64,000 bases of DNA from Oscillospiraceae bacterium (GCA_015068345.1 SVKS01000003.1:2168-66167); one strand, 5' to 3'. Shown: positions 8,458-18,278, numbered from the stretch's first letter. Program-made: numbers and translations. The notes: generated by a model not told the origin, from the sequence alone.

Positions 8458-9438
8458 ATGCCCATGAATACCCCCATTTACTCAGGAATCATCACCAATT
8501 ATGTCTGTACCGCCGCCTGCCGGCATTGTATGTTCGCCTCTTCCCCCGCTCTGCCCAAGGAATATATCTCCCGGGAGATGGCGGAGAGGCTGGCAAGGCT
8601 CCTGCGGAAAGCGGGAACCGACTCGGTACACATCGGTGGGGGCGAACCCTTTATGGATTTTGAAGCCCTTACCACCTTGATTGCCTGTCTGAACGACCAG
8701 GGAATCGGTATCGACTACATCGAAACGAACGCCTTTTGGTGCAAAAACGAGGATTTTGCTCGAAAGCGGCTCACCCACCTGCGTTCCCTGGGAGTGGAGA
8801 CCATCATGGTTTCGGTGGATCCCTTCCATATTGAATACATTCCCCTGGAGCGACCCATTCGTCTATGTCAACTGCTCCGGGAGAGTGGCTTTGACTATTT
8901 TGTGTGGAAGGAGCGTTATCTTCGCATGCTTTCCCGTCTGGACCGGACCCGTACCTACTCCCATCAGGAGTTGAAGGATATTCTGGGGGAGGATTACGTC
9001 ACCGAAACCGCCCGAGAATACGGGCTTGGTATGAATGGACGAGCTCTGGGCATTGCGAAAGACCTTTTCCCCCGCTGTCCGGCAGAGCACTGGCTAAGCA
9101 ACTCCCCCTGTGGTTCCATTGGGGACACCGCCCACTGCCACCTGGACCTTTACGGGAATATCGTTCCCTCCGGCTGTCCGGGGCTTTCAGCAAAAGCAGA
9201 GGATTATCTGAACGAAGCCTTTCCCGCCGACCGATATCCGGTTTTGTCCCGTCTGGCAACGGGCGGCACGACGGCGCTTTTCAATTACGCAAGGGAGAAG
9301 GGATTCACTCCTGATCCCGCAGGATATCCCAGCCGTTGCTCCCTTTGCTACGCCATGCGAGTCTTCCTTTTGGAGATGGCCCCCTCCCAGGATCTCGCCC
9401 CCGTTTGCTTTTACCGTGGGATGGAAGCGGTTACATAA
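8458..9438 (+). CDS. radical SAM protein with C-terminal Cys-rich (twitch/SPASM-like) region
   Basis: CX3CX2C motif CTAACRHC at residues about 15-22 and a GGGEPF SAM-binding block. C-terminal CHLDLYGNIVPSGCPG and CSLCY cysteines. AUG at 8458 with SD AAGGAGA. The listed 8164 start would read through a terminator and promoter. Confidence 0.8.
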   Translation: MPMNTPIYSGIITNYVCTAACRHCMFASSPALPKEYISREMAERLARLLRKAGTDSVHIGGGEPFMDFEALTTLIACLNDQGIGIDYIETNAFWCKNEDFARKRLTHLRSLGVETIMVSVDPFHIEYIPLERPIRLCQLLRESGFDYFVWKERYLRMLSRLDRTRTYSHQELKDILGEDYVTETAREYGLGMNGRALGIAKDLFPRCPAEHWLSNSPCGSIGDTAHCHLDLYGNIVPSGCPGLSAKAEDYLNEAFPADRYPVLSRLATGGTTALFNYAREKGFTPDPAGYPSRCSLCYAMRVFLLEMAPSQDLAPVCFYRGMEAVT

Positions 9439-9835
9439 ACTCCATCTCCGCCACGTCATCCATGGGGATCCGAAGACCATCCTGCAAAACCAGGAACCGG
9501 TCGAAATCGTTTACCTTTTTGACCCTTCCCTTCACCGTAACGTAGGCACCGCCGCTTTTGCGGTCATCGGGCACAAAGTAAGTGACGGAAATTTCCGGAT
9601 GGTCCGCCAGGTGGTCCATCAGGATCCGGAACTGGGTATTGAGCACCGCCAGCCGCTCCTCCCCGGCTTCCAGTTTTTCATCGGTGAGCCGGCCGGTTTC
9701 CAAAATGGCATCATCATAGCCGGTGAGGGCCGCAAAGGGGGAAAACTGGGCCGCCCGGTCCGCCATGGACATGGGCGGGCGGGTCTTGGATACGTGGTGG
9801 GGCAGGTGGATGATGTCTTCGTAATTGTCCTTCAC
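9431..9835 (-). CDS. YolD-like protein (accessory to Y-family polymerase)
   Basis: IIHLPHHVSKTRPPMSMADRAAQFSPFAALTGYDD is typical of the YolD family. The GTG start overlaps the polymerase stop (GTGA). Confidence 0.75.
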   Translation of the reverse strand: MKDNYEDIIHLPHHVSKTRPPMSMADRAAQFSPFAALTGYDDAILETGRLTDEKLEAGEERLAVLNTQFRILMDHLADHPEISVTYFVPDDRKSGGAYVTVKGRVKKVNDFDRFLVLQDGLRIPMDDVAEMEFM

Positions 9836-11337
9836 GCCTTATGTCCCCCAATCTGGGCATTCCGATCCTTGGCGGTTGCCCCTTCTTCCAAATTCATCCC
9901 CTTCAGGATGGCGTTTTTCCCAAACTTCTTCTTGATGGTCAGCATGGCCTGTTGGCGTTTCCTTTCCCGTTCCAGGTCGGCTCTCTCCGCTTCCCGTTTG
10001 GCATCCTCCGCCGCATAATCGGTGAAAAAATCCAATTGCTCCGCAACAGGTTCTTCCACCCGATCCCCTTCGGCAATCACGTGGTTTGCCACCACGTTCA
10101 ACCGTCGCACCAGAAGGTCAGGATCCACGATCCGGTCAAAGAGCTCGGCCACCGCATCCAGGATTTTCTTGGTGGAGGAGGTGAATCCCCCCAGGTTAGC
10201 AGTGCCATGGGCATGCTTGGGAACTTCCCTTCCGTAGTGATCCACCGTGATCTCCCCATGATAGTTTTTGCGCCGGGTGGAATCGGTGAGATTTTCGATG
10301 TCGTAGCCCACCGTTACCACCAGCTGATCGGTGACAAGTCCCTTGTCCACCAGATCCAGCACCAAAAGATCGGTCATTTCCCGAAGCACCAGCCTGGCCT
10401 TTTCCGCCGGGTAGGGTTGATGGAGCACCTGGCCGGAACCCAGGCTGTTGCTGGCGGGTTTGTAGGCCTTGATGGCCTCCATGGTGCAGGGCTCCCACCC
10501 CCAGGCGTGGTCGATCAAAAGCTCCGCATTTTTCCCGAAGAGTTTGTAAAGCAGATTTTCATTGTAAACCGAGCATCGGGCCACGTCCCCCATGGTGAAA
10601 AGGCCGTGTTCCTCCAGCTTTTTGGCATATCCCCGACCCACCCGCCAGAAGTCGGTTAGGGGTTTGTGATTCCACAGTTCCTTTCGGAAACGCTTTTCGT
10701 CCAGTTCGGCAATACGGACCCCATTTTTGTCGGGAGGAATGTGCTTGGCTACAACGTCCATGGCCACCTTGCAGAGGAATAGATTGGTTCCGATGCCGGC
10801 GGTGGCGGTGATGCCGGTGGTTTCCAGCACGTCCAGAATCATCTTCATGGTCAGTTCCTTCGGCGTAAGCTTATAGGTATCCAGGTAGTTGGTCACGTCC
10901 ATAAACACCTCGTCAATGGAATAGACCACGATATCCTCCGGTGCCACGTACTTCATGTAAACGTTGTAAATACGGGTGCTGTATTCCATATACAGCGCCA
11001 TTCTGGGGGGCGCAATCAAAAAATCCACCGCCATGGCGGGATTGGCCCGCAGTTCCGAATCGAAGCAGGAAGACCATTGGGTCTTCTTTCCCGGGGCGGC
11101 GTAAGCCCGGGCTTGGTTTACCTCCCGGACACGCTGTTTCACCTCAAAAAGACGCCCCCGGCCCGAAATACCATAGCTTTTCAGAGAGGGGGTCACTGCC
11201 AGACAGATGGTTTTGTCGGTACGGCTTTCGTCCGCCACCACCAGGTTGGTGTTCATGGGATCCAGACCCCGCTCCCGGCACTCCACCGAAGCATAAAAGC
11301 TTTTCAGGTCGATGGCAATGTAGGTCGGTTCCCTCAT
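9832..11337 (-). CDS. Y-family (translesion) DNA polymerase, UvrX/DinB-like
   Basis: N-terminal YIAIDLKSFYASVECRERGLDP, SIDEVFMDVT, and little-finger region. AUG at 11337 (MREPTYIAIDL) has SD AGGAGG; the listed 11403 start lies in the promoter. Confidence 0.88.
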   Translation of the reverse strand: MREPTYIAIDLKSFYASVECRERGLDPMNTNLVVADESRTDKTICLAVTPSLKSYGISGRGRLFEVKQRVREVNQARAYAAPGKKTQWSSCFDSELRANPAMAVDFLIAPPRMALYMEYSTRIYNVYMKYVAPEDIVVYSIDEVFMDVTNYLDTYKLTPKELTMKMILDVLETTGITATAGIGTNLFLCKVAMDVVAKHIPPDKNGVRIAELDEKRFRKELWNHKPLTDFWRVGRGYAKKLEEHGLFTMGDVARCSVYNENLLYKLFGKNAELLIDHAWGWEPCTMEAIKAYKPASNSLGSGQVLHQPYPAEKARLVLREMTDLLVLDLVDKGLVTDQLVVTVGYDIENLTDSTRRKNYHGEITVDHYGREVPKHAHGTANLGGFTSSTKKILDAVAELFDRIVDPDLLVRRLNVVANHVIAEGDRVEEPVAEQLDFFTDYAAEDAKREAERADLERERKRQQAMLTIKKKFGKNAILKGMNLEEGATAKDRNAQIGGHKA

Positions 11338-11373
11338 GGTTTCCCCTCCTTTCGAAAAACGCTTGTTTGCACT

Positions 11374-11403
11374 ATCATACCACAAAGAACATCCGTTTGT
11401 CAA
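11374..11403 (-). promoter_or_regulatory. promoter with embedded LexA (Cheo-box-like) site for the polymerase operon
   Basis: Minus strand: TTGACA (11403-11398), 18-nt spacer, TATGAT (11379-11374). Plus-strand AGAACATCCGTTTG at 11386-11399 fits GAAC-N4-GTT(T). A weaker GAAAAACGCTTGTTT lies downstream. Confidence 0.5.
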
Positions 11404-11409
11404 CCGTAC

Positions 11410-11439
11410 AAAAAAGATCTGCCCAAAACTGGGCAGATC
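11410..11439 (-). terminator. rho-independent terminator of the M20 peptidase gene
   Basis: gatctgccca-aaac-tgggcagatc (10-bp stem) with a T-run on the minus strand (A-run 11410-11415 on plus). Confidence 0.7.
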
Positions 11440-11446
11440 CTTCTGC

Positions 11447-12886
11447 TTATCGATAATTCTCCACGAAGGTGCGGTAGAAGGCCGCCGCCTCGTAAACCGC
11501 CGAAACGTCCAGGTTTTCGTTCACGGCGTGGATGGAGCCCAGCTGATTCGAGCGCATACGGGTAGGAGCGAAGCGCAGGACGCAATCGCAAACCGGGGTC
11601 AGCTTCCAGGCGTCGGTGCCGGCGGGCAGAATATAGGGAGCCGCCGGGAAGCGGGGGAACACCTTTGCCAGGGTCTCCATGGTGTAGGCGTAGGCAGGGC
11701 TTTGGGTATCGGCGGGCTTGTAGAATTCCCGGTGTTCGATTTCCACCTCCACCCCATACTTTTTGGCAATGGCACGGAAAGCTTCCAGTTCCCGATCCAG
11801 ATCCTCCTCGCTGTTGTGGCGAAGGAGAGCATTTGCGGTGCAGACCTTGTCGGTCATGCCTCCCTGGATTTTCTGGAAGGTGCAGACGGTCCCCACCATG
11901 CCGCCGGCGGTGGGGTTGAGCTTGGGGAGCACCCGCTTGAGGATACCGCCGAAGAGCCACAGATTGGCAAAGAGCAGATTCAGAGGGAAGTTGCAGTAAG
12001 GACCCAGCTTTCCAAAAAGCTCCCTTACCTGGGGATTGATACGTTTGATAAAAATGTTGCTGGCAGAAACTTCGGCAATGAAGGCGGCCATCCGCTCCAC
12101 AGGATTGTTTTTGTAGCCGGTGAGACTGATGTGGCTGCTTTCGGTGGTGGCCTTGCACACCAGGCGGCAGCGGCCCTTTTCATGCACCGCCACCATGGAA
12201 CAGGCTTCACACTTCATGCTTTTGCCCAGGGGCGGATCCACAATGGCGCCCCCTTCATCCAATACCACCTCGAACCGAATACCCTTTTCCAGGAAGTAGT
12301 CCCGGGCGGTGGTAACCCCGTCACCCCCAAGCTCCTCGTTATGGGAAGAGCCCACGTAAAGGTTCACCGGAGGGGTCACCCCATCGGCCAGCATCCCCTC
12401 CACGGCATAAAGAATGCCGCACAGGGAACCCTTGGTATCGGCGGTGCCGCGGCCAAACATGGTCCCATCCACCACCTCGCCCCCGAAGGGATCGTGATCC
12501 CACGTTTCGTCCGCAGGAACCGGCACCACGTCGTGATGGGACATCAGCAGAATGTTGCGGGTAGGATCCTTACCGGGGATCTTATAGAGCCAGAAGTCGT
12601 CGGAGAAGGTCATCCGCTCCGCCTTTTCATGGAGCAGGGGGAATTCTTCCTTTACCACTTCCCGTAATTTTTGGAATTCGGTGTCGTCGTAGGAATCCTT
12701 CACCGACACGGTTTTGCAGGCAATCATGCGCCGGAGGGTTTCGGCATAGTCCCGAAGCTCCTCTTCGGCGGCCACCGGGTGGTCCCCCAAAAGCTTCCGG
12801 GCTTTCGCACCCTTCACGGCGGTATTGATCATAAGCACTGCCAGCAGAAGGACCAGGAGTCCCAGGATGATATATAAAACGATCAT
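11447..12886 (-). CDS. M20/M25/M40 family metallopeptidase (ArgE/DapE/carboxypeptidase-like) with N-terminal membrane anchor
   Basis: N-terminal TM helix, LLMSHHDVVP metal-binding block, GRGTADTKG, SHNEELGG blocks. SD AGGGAGG lies before the AUG. Confidence 0.8.
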   Translation of the reverse strand: MIVLYIILGLLVLLLAVLMINTAVKGAKARKLLGDHPVAAEEELRDYAETLRRMIACKTVSVKDSYDDTEFQKLREVVKEEFPLLHEKAERMTFSDDFWLYKIPGKDPTRNILLMSHHDVVPVPADETWDHDPFGGEVVDGTMFGRGTADTKGSLCGILYAVEGMLADGVTPPVNLYVGSSHNEELGGDGVTTARDYFLEKGIRFEVVLDEGGAIVDPPLGKSMKCEACSMVAVHEKGRCRLVCKATTESSHISLTGYKNNPVERMAAFIAEVSASNIFIKRINPQVRELFGKLGPYCNFPLNLLFANLWLFGGILKRVLPKLNPTAGGMVGTVCTFQKIQGGMTDKVCTANALLRHNSEEDLDRELEAFRAIAKKYGVEVEIEHREFYKPADTQSPAYAYTMETLAKVFPRFPAAPYILPAGTDAWKLTPVCDCVLRFAPTRMRSNQLGSIHAVNENLDVSAVYEAAAFYRTFVENYR

Positions 12887-13049
12887 ATAGTTACCTCCCT
12901 TTCTTTCCTATGAGTATAGCACCCTTTTTTCCATCCGTCAAACTATCTTTGGGGGATTTTCGCAAATCTTATTCCATTCCGGTTGCCCAAAGACGCCAGG
13001 CGTGATATAATAGCCACGTTACTTCCATTGAAACCAAGGAGAAATCGCC

Positions 13050-14432
13050 ATGCAACAAAAAACACACCAGGAAATTCCCAGGATCGGTCTTTTGGAAAAG
13101 CTGGGATTTGCCACCTTTTCCACCGCCAGCAACGTTGTTTTTAACTTCAAGGATTTGTTTTACCTTTTCTTCCTGACCAACGTGATGGGAATTAAAATTT
13201 CCCATGCGGGGATCATCACCGCCATCGGCATTATTTGGGATGCCATCAACGATCCCTTGCTTGGCTTTTGGGCGGTCAACCACCGGTTCAAAAACGGGGA
13301 AGAATGCCGCCCCCTGGCATTGTGGTGCGCCATTCCCTGGGCCATTACGGTGGTTTTGATGTTCACCTGCTTTGACGTACCCTACGCTTTCAAGCTCGCC
13401 ATCGCCATTTGCATCTACTTCCTCTTCGAACTCTTCAACACCTTCGCCGCTATCCCCTACAACTCCATGGGCTCCCTGGCTACCAATCTGGACGCCGACC
13501 GCCGGGCCATCAACGTAGCCCGCAATCTGGGGGCTTGTGTGGGGTCTGCCATTGGTGCGGTGGCCATGTACCCCCTTTTGGATCTGTTTGGTGGGCTGGA
13601 CGACGCCGGTAATATCATTGAGGGTACCCCCGGCAAAACCGCCTTCTTCCTTGCCGCCATGGTCATGGGTCTGGTTTGCATTTTGGGTAGCTTCGCCCAC
13701 TATTTCACCACCAGGGAACGGGTAAAGCCGAAAAAAACCAACGAGGAAAAAATCAGCATCCTCACCGCATTCAAAATGCTACTTGGTTGCCGAAGCTGGG
13801 TCATCAATATGCTTTACGTGCTTTGCTACGGCATGCTGAACCTACTCATCATGAGCACCATCAATTACTACGCCACCTACGTCATCGGTTCCTCCTCGGC
13901 AGCCACCTACATTATGGCGGTATATCTGGTGGTTTCGGTGATCTGTTCGGTGCTTTCCATCCCCATCGACAAAAAGCTTGGCCGCCGCAACACCATGATC
14001 AGTTCGGCAATCGTTTATATACTGGGCAAAATCTGGTTTGTGATCAATCCCTTCTCCATTGGAGCTATTCTGGTGAATGCCATCACCGTGGCCTATGCCA
14101 TGACCCTGTCCTTCGTCCTTTTCAACACCAACCGCAACAACATTGCCGATCTGATGGAATGGAAGTATGGTCGCCGCATCGACAGCTTGGTTTCCACCTG
14201 CGACAATCTGGCCACCAAATTGTCCAAGGCAGGGGCCAACCTTTTGATGACCTTTGCCCTTGCCTCCGCCGGATTTGATGCGGAGCTTACCACCCAACCG
14301 GATGGTGCCATCGCCACCATCAACGCCATGCTGGGCTGGATTCCCATGCTGATTGCCGTCGCCATGCTGGTGATCGTCTACTTCCACCCCATTGAAAAGG
14401 ATATGGCCGCCATGAAGGCCGACCGAAAATAA
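13050..14432 (+). CDS. GPH-family (glycoside-pentoside-hexuronide):cation symporter, MFS superfamily
   Basis: About 12 predicted TM segments. N-terminal KLGFATFSTASNVVFNF...WDAINDPLLG motif is typical of MelB/YicJ-type symporters. Confidence 0.75.
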   Translation: MQQKTHQEIPRIGLLEKLGFATFSTASNVVFNFKDLFYLFFLTNVMGIKISHAGIITAIGIIWDAINDPLLGFWAVNHRFKNGEECRPLALWCAIPWAITVVLMFTCFDVPYAFKLAIAICIYFLFELFNTFAAIPYNSMGSLATNLDADRRAINVARNLGACVGSAIGAVAMYPLLDLFGGLDDAGNIIEGTPGKTAFFLAAMVMGLVCILGSFAHYFTTRERVKPKKTNEEKISILTAFKMLLGCRSWVINMLYVLCYGMLNLLIMSTINYYATYVIGSSSAATYIMAVYLVVSVICSVLSIPIDKKLGRRNTMISSAIVYILGKIWFVINPFSIGAILVNAITVAYAMTLSFVLFNTNRNNIADLMEWKYGRRIDSLVSTCDNLATKLSKAGANLLMTFALASAGFDAELTTQPDGAIATINAMLGWIPMLIAVAMLVIVYFHPIEKDMAAMKADRK

Positions 14433-14445
14433 AAAGCTGACCTTT

Positions 14446-14474
14446 CTCCGCCGGACCAACCGGCGGAGTTTTTT
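14446..14474 (+). terminator. rho-independent terminator
   Basis: ctccgccgg-accaa-ccggcggag followed by TTTTTT. Confidence 0.8.
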
Positions 14475-14541
14475 CACGGCTTGCAAAGCGTCTCCACCTG
14501 TGTTACAATAAATGGGATTATGGTAAATGAAAGAGGTTTTT

Positions 14542-15897
14542 ATGAAAAGCAACGTCAAGGACATGACCCAGGGCAATCCCCTGAAATTGATCCTGCTATT
14601 TGCCCTTCCCCTGATGGCGGGGAATATTTTCCAACAGCTTTACACCGTGGTGGATACCATGGTGGTGGGTAAGGCGTTAGGAGTTGGCGCGTTGGCGGCG
14701 CTGGGGGCCACCGACTGGTTTTACTGGCTGGTTTTGGGCATGGTACAGGGTGTTACCCAGGGCTTTGCCATTTTGATGTCCAAAGAATTCGGTGCCCGGG
14801 ATTACGAAAGCCTTCGAAAGGTAGTGGGGATTTCATCCACCCTTTCGGCCATCTGTGCCCTGGCTTTGACAGGAATCAGCCTTTTGGTTTCCCCGGCGGT
14901 CCTTGGCCTGCTCAACACCCCTGCCGCCATTATGGATACCTCCCTTTTGTACCTTCGCACCCTTCTTTGCGGACTTCCCATCGTCATGATTTACAACCTT
15001 CTGGCCTGCATTCTCCGTTCCCTGGGGGATGGGAGAACCCCTTTGATCGCCATGGTGGTGGCATCCCTCACCAATATTGGTCTGGATGTACTCTTTGTTT
15101 TCGGTTTCCGTTGGGGTGTTGTGGGTGCGGCGGCGGCTACCCTGATTGCCCAGGGGGCATCCAGCATTTTCTGCTTCATTAAACTCCGAAAGATCGACTT
15201 TATGGCCTTGAAACCCACCCATTTCAAACCGGAAGCCTTCCTTTCCTGGCGGCTCTTTGGTCTGGGCACCCCCATGGCCCTGCAAAACGCCATCATCGCC
15301 GTAGGTGGGATGATCCTGCAGGGAGTGGTCAACGGATTTGGCGTGGCCTTCATCGGCGGCTTCACCGCCACCAACAAGCTTTACGGCATTCTGGAAATTG
15401 CCGCCATTTCCTACGGCTATTCTATGATCACCTACGCCGGGCAAAATTTGGGGGCCAAGCGTCCCGACCGCATCCGCAAAGGGATGCGCTACGCCATTCT
15501 GGTGGCCATGATCACCTCGGTGGTAATCGCCGCCTTCATGCTGATTTTCGGCACCGGCATTATCGCTTCTTTCCTTTCTGGCACCCCGGAGGAGGTGGCA
15601 GAGGCCACCAAGGTGGGCTACGACTATCTGACAGTGATGAGTTTGGGACTTCCCATTCTCTACGTGCTTCACGTGACCCGCAGTACCGTCCAGGGTATGG
15701 GCAACACGGTGCTCCCCATGGGCTCGGGGATTGCGGAATTCGTCATGCGTACCGGCAGTGCTCTGCTGTTACCGGGCTTCATTGGTTCCTACGGTATCTT
15801 TTTGGCGGAGGTTCTGGCCTGGGTGGGGGCCGATCTGATCCTGATCCCAAGCTACTTTGTCACCGTGAAAAAACTGGAACGCCAGCTCGATCAATAA
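14542..15897 (+). CDS. MATE family efflux transporter
   Basis: N-terminal GNPLKLILLFALPLMAGNIFQQLYTVVDTMVVG signature and 12 TM segments. AUG at 14542 follows GAAAGAGG. Confidence 0.85.
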   Translation: MKSNVKDMTQGNPLKLILLFALPLMAGNIFQQLYTVVDTMVVGKALGVGALAALGATDWFYWLVLGMVQGVTQGFAILMSKEFGARDYESLRKVVGISSTLSAICALALTGISLLVSPAVLGLLNTPAAIMDTSLLYLRTLLCGLPIVMIYNLLACILRSLGDGRTPLIAMVVASLTNIGLDVLFVFGFRWGVVGAAAATLIAQGASSIFCFIKLRKIDFMALKPTHFKPEAFLSWRLFGLGTPMALQNAIIAVGGMILQGVVNGFGVAFIGGFTATNKLYGILEIAAISYGYSMITYAGQNLGAKRPDRIRKGMRYAILVAMITSVVIAAFMLIFGTGIIASFLSGTPEEVAEATKVGYDYLTVMSLGLPILYVLHVTRSTVQGMGNTVLPMGSGIAEFVMRTGSALLLPGFIGSYGIFLAEVLAWVGADLILIPSYFVTVKKLERQLDQ

Positions 15898-15902
15898 ATA
15901 TA

Positions 15903-15933
15903 CGCCCCAAAGCTTCCTGCTTTGGGGCGTTTT
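15903..15933. terminator. bidirectional terminator between convergent genes
   Basis: cgccccaaagc-ttcct-gctttggggcg (11-bp stem) followed by a T-run. Confidence 0.75.
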
Positions 15934-15941
15934 GTTTGATT

Positions 15942-16931
15942 TTACAGGCTGATACGGTCAATTTCGGCGAGTTCTTCAGGAGTAAAAGTCGTGTTTTCCG
16001 CCGCCCGGATATTATCCAGGATCTGTTCCGGCTTGGAGGCTCCCACCAGCACACTGGTCACGATACCATCCCGCAGGATCCAGCTTAGGGCCATCTGTGC
16101 CAGGGACTGGCCACGGGCAGCTGCCAGATCATTCAGGGCGCGAATTTGAGCCAGGCGTTCCTCCGACAGCGCCTTTTCATTCAGGAAGCGGCCGTCGGTG
16201 ACAATGCGGCTGTCGGCAGGAATCCCCTTGAGATACCGGTCGGTCAGGAGACCCTGGGACAGGGGTGAGAAGGCAATGATGCCCTTGCCAAGTCTGGCAG
16301 AGGTTTCCTTCAGCCCATTGTTTTCAATGGTGCGGTTGAGGATGGAATAGCTATTCTGGTTGATGATGAAGGGAACCCGCAGCTCCCGAAGGATCGCTTC
16401 GGCCTTTTCCAGGGTGGGTCCGTCGTAGTTGCTGAGTCCCACATAAAGAGCCTTGCCGGAGGCCACCGCCGAGGCCAACGCCCCCATGGTTTCCTCCAGA
16501 GGGGTATCCGGATCCATGCGGTGGTGATAGAAAATATCCACGTAATCAAGCCCCATACGTTTCAGGGATTGATCCAGGCTGGCAAGGAGATACTTGCGGC
16601 TGCCGTGATCCCCATAGGGACCGGGCCACATCCCATAACCTGCCTTGGTGGAGATGATCAGTTCATCCCGGTAGACCCCCAGATCCTCCTTCAGGATGCG
16701 GCCGAAGTTGATTTCGGCACTGCCCGCCGGGGGACCATAGTTATTTGCCAGGTCAAAATGGGTGATACCATGGTCGAAGGCGGTGAAGCACATCTTCTGC
16801 ATGGTTTCAAAGCGGCCGGTGTCCCCAAAATTGTGCCACAAGCCAAGAGAAACCGCAGGCAGTTTCAGGCCGCACTTTCCCGAGGGGTGGTAGGGCAGAA
16901 CGTCATAGCGTTTTTCGGATGCAACGTACAT
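15942..16931 (-). CDS. aldo/keto reductase (YghZ/Gpr-like, Kv-beta subfamily)
   Basis: LPAVSLGLWHNFGD, FDLANNYGPPAGSAE, YVDIFYHHRMDP, LSQGLLTDRY blocks. Confidence 0.85.
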   Translation of the reverse strand: MYVASEKRYDVLPYHPSGKCGLKLPAVSLGLWHNFGDTGRFETMQKMCFTAFDHGITHFDLANNYGPPAGSAEINFGRILKEDLGVYRDELIISTKAGYGMWPGPYGDHGSRKYLLASLDQSLKRMGLDYVDIFYHHRMDPDTPLEETMGALASAVASGKALYVGLSNYDGPTLEKAEAILRELRVPFIINQNSYSILNRTIENNGLKETSARLGKGIIAFSPLSQGLLTDRYLKGIPADSRIVTDGRFLNEKALSEERLAQIRALNDLAAARGQSLAQMALSWILRDGIVTSVLVGASKPEQILDNIRAAENTTFTPEELAEIDRISL

Positions 16932-16971
16932 AATTCCTCCTTATTTTGACAGGGCATTATGCCCTCATTGT

Positions 16972-17424
16972 TTACAAAGCTTCCAGGATTTCCCGGGCAT
17001 TGGTGTCCGGTTTCACCTTGGGCATGATTTTTTCAACACAGCCGGTTTCGTCGATGAGGAAGGTGGTTCGAACCACCCCCATGCTGACCTTGCCATAATT
17101 CTTCTTTTCCTGCCATACGCCGTAAGCCTCAATCGCCACCCGTTCCGGGTCGGAAAGCAGGATAAAGGGCAGGGCATACTTTTCGGCAAAATTCCGGTGG
17201 GATGCCACCGAGTCCTTGCTGATGCCGATGACCACCACGTTTTTGGCCTTGAACCCCTCATACTCTGCTCCAAAGGCGCAGGCCTGACGGGTACAGCCGG
17301 GGGTGTTGTCCTTGGGATAAAAATACAAAACTACCTTTTTCCCCAGGAAATCCGAAAGAGAGATTTCCTTTCCTTTCTGATCCGGAAGGGTAAATTCCGG
17401 GGCTTTCATTCCAATCTCCAGCAT
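16972..17424 (-). CDS. bcp: thioredoxin-dependent thiol peroxidase (peroxiredoxin Bcp)
   Basis: APEFTLPDQKGKEISLSDFLGKKVVLYFYPKDNTPGCTRQAC with the peroxidatic Cys in the PGCT context. Confidence 0.9.
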   Translation of the reverse strand: MLEIGMKAPEFTLPDQKGKEISLSDFLGKKVVLYFYPKDNTPGCTRQACAFGAEYEGFKAKNVVVIGISKDSVASHRNFAEKYALPFILLSDPERVAIEAYGVWQEKKNYGKVSMGVVRTTFLIDETGCVEKIMPKVKPDTNAREILEAL

Positions 17425-17551
17425 GGTTTACTCCTTTCTTTCCTTCGTTTTCTCCATTATAACAGGAATTCCCCTACTTGGCAACCTTTCCTGCTTGACA
17501 AGACGGTAAATTCGGGCTTATACTTGAACAAATGTGCAAAGGAGGGGTTTC

Positions 17552-18229
17552 ATGGATATTCAAGCCGAATTATTCGCCCTCGCCGACCCGGCATACAAAA
17601 ACTTTCATGCAAAATTGATCCCCACCATTCCCCCGGAAAGAATCATCGGCGTTCGCACTCCTGCGTTGCGGAATTTCGCCAAAGCGATTAGCAACACCCC
17701 GGAAGCAGGAGCGTTTCTTTCCCAGCTTCCCCATACCTACTACGATGAAAACAATCTGCATGCCTTCCTGATTGCCGATATCCCGGATTTTCCGATCTGT
17801 ATCAACCAGGTGGAGCGGTTTTTGCCCCAGGTGGATAACTGGGCCACCTGCGATTCCCTTCGGCCCAAATGTTTTGAAAGGAATAAAGCTGACCTTCTTC
17901 CCCGCATCCCCCATTGGCTCACCTCCCCCCACGCCTTCACGGTGCGCTTCGGCATGGAAATGCTGATGGTGCACTTTCTGGAAGAGAATTTTGACCCCCT
18001 CTATCCCCGCTGGGTGGTAGAAGCGACAACCGACGATTACTACGTAAAAATGATGGCAGCCTGGTATTTTGCCACCGCCCTGGCCTTTCATTGGGAAGAC
18101 ATTCTACCCTGGATGGATAAAGGAATGCTTCCCCCCTGGTTCCGGGGCAAAGCCATCCAGAAGGCCATCGAAAGCTATCGCATCACCCCGGAACAAAAAA
18201 TTATTCTGAAAGAAATCCGGAGAAGTTGA
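17552..18229 (+). CDS. DNA alkylation repair protein (AlkD-like HEAT-repeat family)
   Basis: LFALADPAYKNFHAKLIPT...IGVRTPALRNFAK...NWATCDSL blocks. AUG at 17552 follows AAGGAGG. Confidence 0.7.
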   Translation: MDIQAELFALADPAYKNFHAKLIPTIPPERIIGVRTPALRNFAKAISNTPEAGAFLSQLPHTYYDENNLHAFLIADIPDFPICINQVERFLPQVDNWATCDSLRPKCFERNKADLLPRIPHWLTSPHAFTVRFGMEMLMVHFLEENFDPLYPRWVVEATTDDYYVKMMAAWYFATALAFHWEDILPWMDKGMLPPWFRGKAIQKAIESYRITPEQKIILKEIRRS

Positions 18230-18254
18230 CAAAGCCCCCTTCTCTTGCTATACT
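18226..18254 (+). promoter_or_regulatory. sigma-A type promoter of the MFS leader
   Basis: TTGACA (18226-18231), 17-nt spacer, TATACT (18249-18254). Confidence 0.6.
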
Positions 18255-18278
18255 GGTTTCCAAAAAGGAGGTTGGCCT

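Noticed and set aside
9431-11403. Prophage, suggested by the YolD/UvrX-type cassette
   Set aside because: No capsid, tail, terminase, lysis or repressor genes are adjacent. The cassette also occurs chromosomally in Firmicutes.
11336-12667. 443-aa ORF on the plus strand
   Set aside because: It is antisense to the M20 peptidase (HHDVVP and other metal-ligand blocks are on the minus strand).
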